64,000 nt of DNA from the human T2T-CHM13v2.0 reference genome, Homo sapiens, in the NCBI RefSeq assembly GCF_009914755.1, contig NC_060927.1; one strand, written 5' to 3'. The translations under genes and the position numbers were made by a program. Numbering within the stretch: the first letter of the stretch is position 1; each line of letters opens with the position of its first letter. This document shows, one piece after another, positions 59,431 to 64,000 of this stretch. Below the pieces are notes generated by a model, which did no database searches, was not told the DNA's origin, and was given only the letters and a program-made list of their open reading frames with translations.

Positions 59431-60517
59431 GAGGACTCAGTGATGCCCAAAGAGGAGAATGACTTCTAGGCTCTTAGCTAGTTGTGGGCAGAGCCCTGAC
59501 TTAAGCTTGGGTCTTGTGCTTCCTATCCAGGATGCTTTGCACAAAGTACACAGCTTGCTCTGTGCTGGATTTCTGCAAGAGAGGATCTTGGGTGAAATGA
59601 GAAGTAAAGCCTGCAGGTTAAAAACATGGCCCCTGAAGACACATGGGACTTGGGTGTAAGTGCCCACTTCCCACTGTATGATCTCATGCAAGTTATTTCA
59701 CTATCTGGGGTCTCCTTTTTTCCCCTTTGTGAATGAATATGATGATTACACTTGCCGTGTGAAGTTGTTGACAACTTATAAGAGAAAATACCTGTAAAGC
59801 ACATACATTAATTATAAGCAATTTATTATTGTTCCTGGCACATAGTGAGTGCTCAAAATATGTTGCCAATTATTGGTCAGTAGTGCTTTGAAAGTGAAGA
59901 TCCCATGGTAGGGACAGAGATCAGATGACAATTGCTTGTTTGCTGAGAACTTCCTTTGAAGTTTTGTCAGTGGAGGCTGCTCTAGAATGCTCTAAGAGAA
60001 AAGGAAGCTCTCTGTATTATTGAACCAGCCCTCAAACAAATCACCTCTTTTATATCACTGTCATCAAGAAAAAAAGACTGCTAATGATTACTGGTCAGGG
60101 TAGAAGATTTGGGCCCAGGCTTGAGGTCTTTGGATTCTACTCCAGAAATTTCCAAGACAGGAAGAATCAGAAGAGCCTCTAAACCAATACTTCTCAGTCA
60201 GGCTGGGAGTGCTATAGTGGGCCAGGGATCTGGGGCCAATCTGTCTACTTTCTGAAACCAGTCCAAGATCAGGTCAGCATAGACATTGAGAGTCAGCTTT
60301 TGGAAACCTTTATAATAATTTGCAGCGTAATTTTATGTCTGTTGGATCCAAATGATAATTTTAAAAATGGGGCTTGTATTTGTATTACCTTTACATTATT
60401 TCACTTTTCTAGTAATTTATTTTTCTTGTATTTTACAAAAGCATCAGTTCAGGTCAGATTGAAAAACAAAATAAAACTTGTCCTTTATTTCAGAGAGTTT
60501 GAGAATTGATCTAGAAA

Positions 60518-60698
60518 AACGATTCTCAAAACTATGTCCTGGGCCGGCAGTATCGGCATCACCTGGGAACTGGTTAGAAATGCAGTTCTCATCCCTACCA
60601 AGATCTTCTGCATTAGAAATTCTGAGCTAGGTCCCAGCAATCTGTATTTTAACACTTTTCAGGTGATTCTTATGCATACTGAAGTTTTAGTTGTACTG
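60518..60698. mobile_element. MER5A
   Basis: gcatcacctgggaactggttagaaatgca...cccagcaatctgtattttaaca...caggtgattct. Confidence 0.85.
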
Positions 60699-63346
60699 GG
60701 ACCATCTCCAGGATAAGTGTACCTTCTTCTAAATTTATTAGAACAAGAACAGGTATTATATCCCAAGCTCTGTTGTGCAAAAATAATTTAACACCATTTC
60801 TCTAAAACCAAATTAAATTTACTTTGAACTACCATCTATTCAGGTTGGTAGTAATTTCAATCTCATTTATTAATAGAATTAGGTTCAATTACAAGTGATG
60901 AAGAACCAAAATAATAGTGGCCTAATCAATAAGCAGACTTTTGAAAAAAAGAAAAAAAAAGAAAAAAAAAAAAAACAGGCAGCAAGGGTTCTCTTGAGGC
61001 AAATTCTGTTTTCTGCCATATAACTCAAACCCCATGAGGGAAGAGAACACAGAGCCCTGCCTACCTTCTTTAATAGTAGGAAAACTCAAGGAGGACCCAA
61101 AGCAAGTTTCCAAAGTACCATCCTGCTCCATCAACAATGATATTTCATCATCCCCTATGATAATCCTGAGGCCAAATCAATACCTAGAAGGTTTGAAGAG
61201 GCCTGCTCTGAATAGCTTGGAGTTTACACATTAGATAGGTTTATTTTCTCCTTCTCTCCTTTAACTATTGTCTACTGAAGTCTTTAAGACTTCCTTCATG
61301 GGTTTTGGAACACAAAAGATTTCCTTCTTATCTTCATTGGTCTGTGAAGGATTCTCTCTTCTGTAATAGATTTTTATTTTCTTGGTACATTTTCTTGTAA
61401 CTGAAATCCTCAAGCTAAAAAAGGTGGATGGAAGCACATTTTGCAAATTCATTCTCATGTCTCTGGCATTGATTCAAATCTCTAATTGAAAAACTAGTTT
61501 CCAAGGGGCACTAATTAGGTCTCGAGATTGATGCTTTGTGCAAAGTTTAGACTTTTTCTAGTCTGCCACATTATGTAGTTTCCTTTTTTCATCATCTCTA
61601 GTTTGTAGCTAAGGAATTTTATATTTCTATTGGTCTGGGCTATGGGCAACAATTTTTATGCAGTGATTACTTTTATGTAAGTGAAAATGTTGGCACTTTA
61701 GAATAAATTTTGACACATTTCCAATATCTACTACTGTATCTAATGAATTATGTAGCATTTTTCTTAATGTGCTTGAGAGCCAATTATATATTTGTTGTAT
61801 ATTCATTTGGTTGTCAAATCTTAAAAAGGAAATATTCAGAATACCAAATTAGATTTACTCCTGTTTATAGTCCCCAGTGTTGTATCTGTCCCATGATATG
61901 AATCTCCACCAAATCCCCAGAATACATAAACTTCTGAATTTAGATATACTTGAAGCTGATCTTTCTTCACCCTTATTTACTTTTTTAGCAAATACTTTTA
62001 GAAACAAAAACAGGAAAAGGTAGAATCTTATCAAATCAAGTATTATGTCACATTAATTTTATAGTAATAACTTGTTATACAGCATGGATATCAACCTCAT
62101 TCTTTACTTCCTCTTGCTTTCATGTTCTAATATAGCTTTTCTATCACTTTTCTTGCTTAATTTTAAATAAGAATAAAAGTACTTGCAATTCCATTTAAAA
62201 ACATCCACTTTTGAATATTTTGGTTCATTTTGTTCTAATCTCAGAGAAAGATATCTTTTTAGAAACACTGCCTTTTAAAATACATCCATATGTATTTTAT
62301 TTATATCCATATGAATTTTTTTTCCCATTTATAAAGTAACACATACTTGTTATCACAAATTCAAACCAAAGTGTATAAAGAAAAAAGTTGGCTGTGTTTT
62401 GTTGCCACATTTTTGGATCTAATTGCCTAAAGATCAGGCAAATTGGCATGGCTTCTGTAACTAGAGGTTAGCTGTTAGTGAAACTTTTTTGCCAAATTAC
62501 TTGCACAGTGTCACTCCACTAGAGCTCTGGGTCAGTTGGATAGACCATTTTACGAATTTCAAGACAACATCTAAAATATATGTTGTTTTGCAACATCTTC
62601 TCCCAGTAAGTAGTGTCAGAACTTGCTCCTCTGGCTTTGATAAAGTGAATTGCAACAGGGAAGCTGAGTCAATTGAGGGTGAGATTTAAAGTTTTATATT
62701 TTAATGTTTTTCGGTTTAACAAGATGCAGTGAACACTGTGACAGTAGTGAAATAGAATTTCCTTCAGCAGTCTCTTTGAATGACTCAAACCCCGATATAT
62801 TTGCTCTTCCCTCCTGAGTGGAGAAAGAATGATGGATTCAGAATAGATAGGGGCCATGACTGCAGAAGATTTTTATTTCTGATTAGACCCTGACAGCCAC
62901 CTAGCTTGTTTTAGAAATTGAAGGAAAAGAAATTTTTTTTTTTGTTTTAAAGATACAGTGAGAGGGAGGGTAAGAATAGCTATATTACTTATGTTTAGCC
63001 CCCAAAAGGCGAATATATCACACACTTGATTTCACCCCTCTTCTGCCCTTGACAGACACTGCTAATCAACCAGGTCACATTTCCCACTGAGCTTAAATAT
63101 AGCCTCAGGATTTTTCTTGATACAGCCCTCTGGGCAGCTGCTACCAATCTATCTGGGTTGGCTTATGAGATTGATTTACAGAGTGCATTATTTATTCATT
63201 TATTCAACATTTATTGAACATCTAAACTGTGCCAGGCATGTTAAAGGCATTCAGCAGCAAGACATGAAACTTAAATTCCAATGAAAATAAAAACTTTTTA
63301 TTGCCTTTTTTGGTCCTGCACATTTGCTTGGCATGCAGTAGGTGCT

Positions 63347-63394
63347 CTATATCTATATATCTATCTATATATCTAGCTATATATATATATATCT
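63347..63394. repeat. (TA/TATC)n simple repeat
   Basis: ctatatctatatatctatctatatatctagctatatatatatatatct. Confidence 0.85.
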
Positions 63395-64000
63395 CACATT
63401 GCATTTAATTGGTACGTGAAGAACATTCTGGCATCAGCTGACCCAGCTGAGAGGTGAAGAGTGGCTATGGTTCTCCCTCAAATAATAAGAACATTTTTTC
63501 CACCTCAGTTCACTTCCTGCTCAGGGTCTATTAAAAACAAATTCATCATCAAGATCAGTTCTCAACTCGGTAGGTTTTGAGGGGCAGGGGGAGATAGCCA
63601 CAAGAAGAATCAGACACAGAATCTCATCTCATCCCTTAAATCTGACCTCTGAATGTCTTTTAGATTTGCTGATTGGATTCTTGCTAGAACACAATATCAG
63701 ACTTCATCCTCAAAGGAAATAAATTAAGCTGCTCCACACAAGGACAAATGGTTGACATTGTGCTCTTGCTAACATCTTGTGTGCAGCTGTGAACAGCTGT
63801 GTTAGTGCCAGTTAAGCTGTGATAGCATCATTTGGGAAAGAGATAAAGGGCAATTCATTCACAAAGCGCTATTCAAAGGGTCTCACAGGTGTGCTCTAAG
63901 GATTGTTTTTCTGCTATCTCTCTTCTATCTAAAATATATACTGACTTAAGGTGATTGGGTAATATAATTCTGACAAAATTACAGGTCACCTCCCTCCAGG

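Overview
Primate (human-like) nuclear DNA, AT-rich and apparently intronic or intergenic. I found no CpG island, no credible protein-coding exon, no RNA gene and nothing prokaryotic; the host locus could not be identified. The window is a mosaic of interspersed repeats: 12 dimeric Alus (all on the - strand) plus one FLAM, many MIR/L2 fragments, MaLR/ERV LTRs, hAT and TcMar DNA-transposon fossils, and a 5'-inverted (twin-primed) L1PA3-like insertion with TSDs. The most unusual structure is a ~750-bp inverted duplication (46465-47209 vs 49654-50426, about 90% identical by hand count) enclosing a ~2.4-kb spacer. Its right copy splits an LTR16 whose missing 3' tail reappears inverted just beyond the copy, which points to a multi-junction rearrangement. 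The spacer contains a candidate 42-nt microexon. Repeat family names come from remembered consensus sequences, so subfamily labels and boundaries are approximate.
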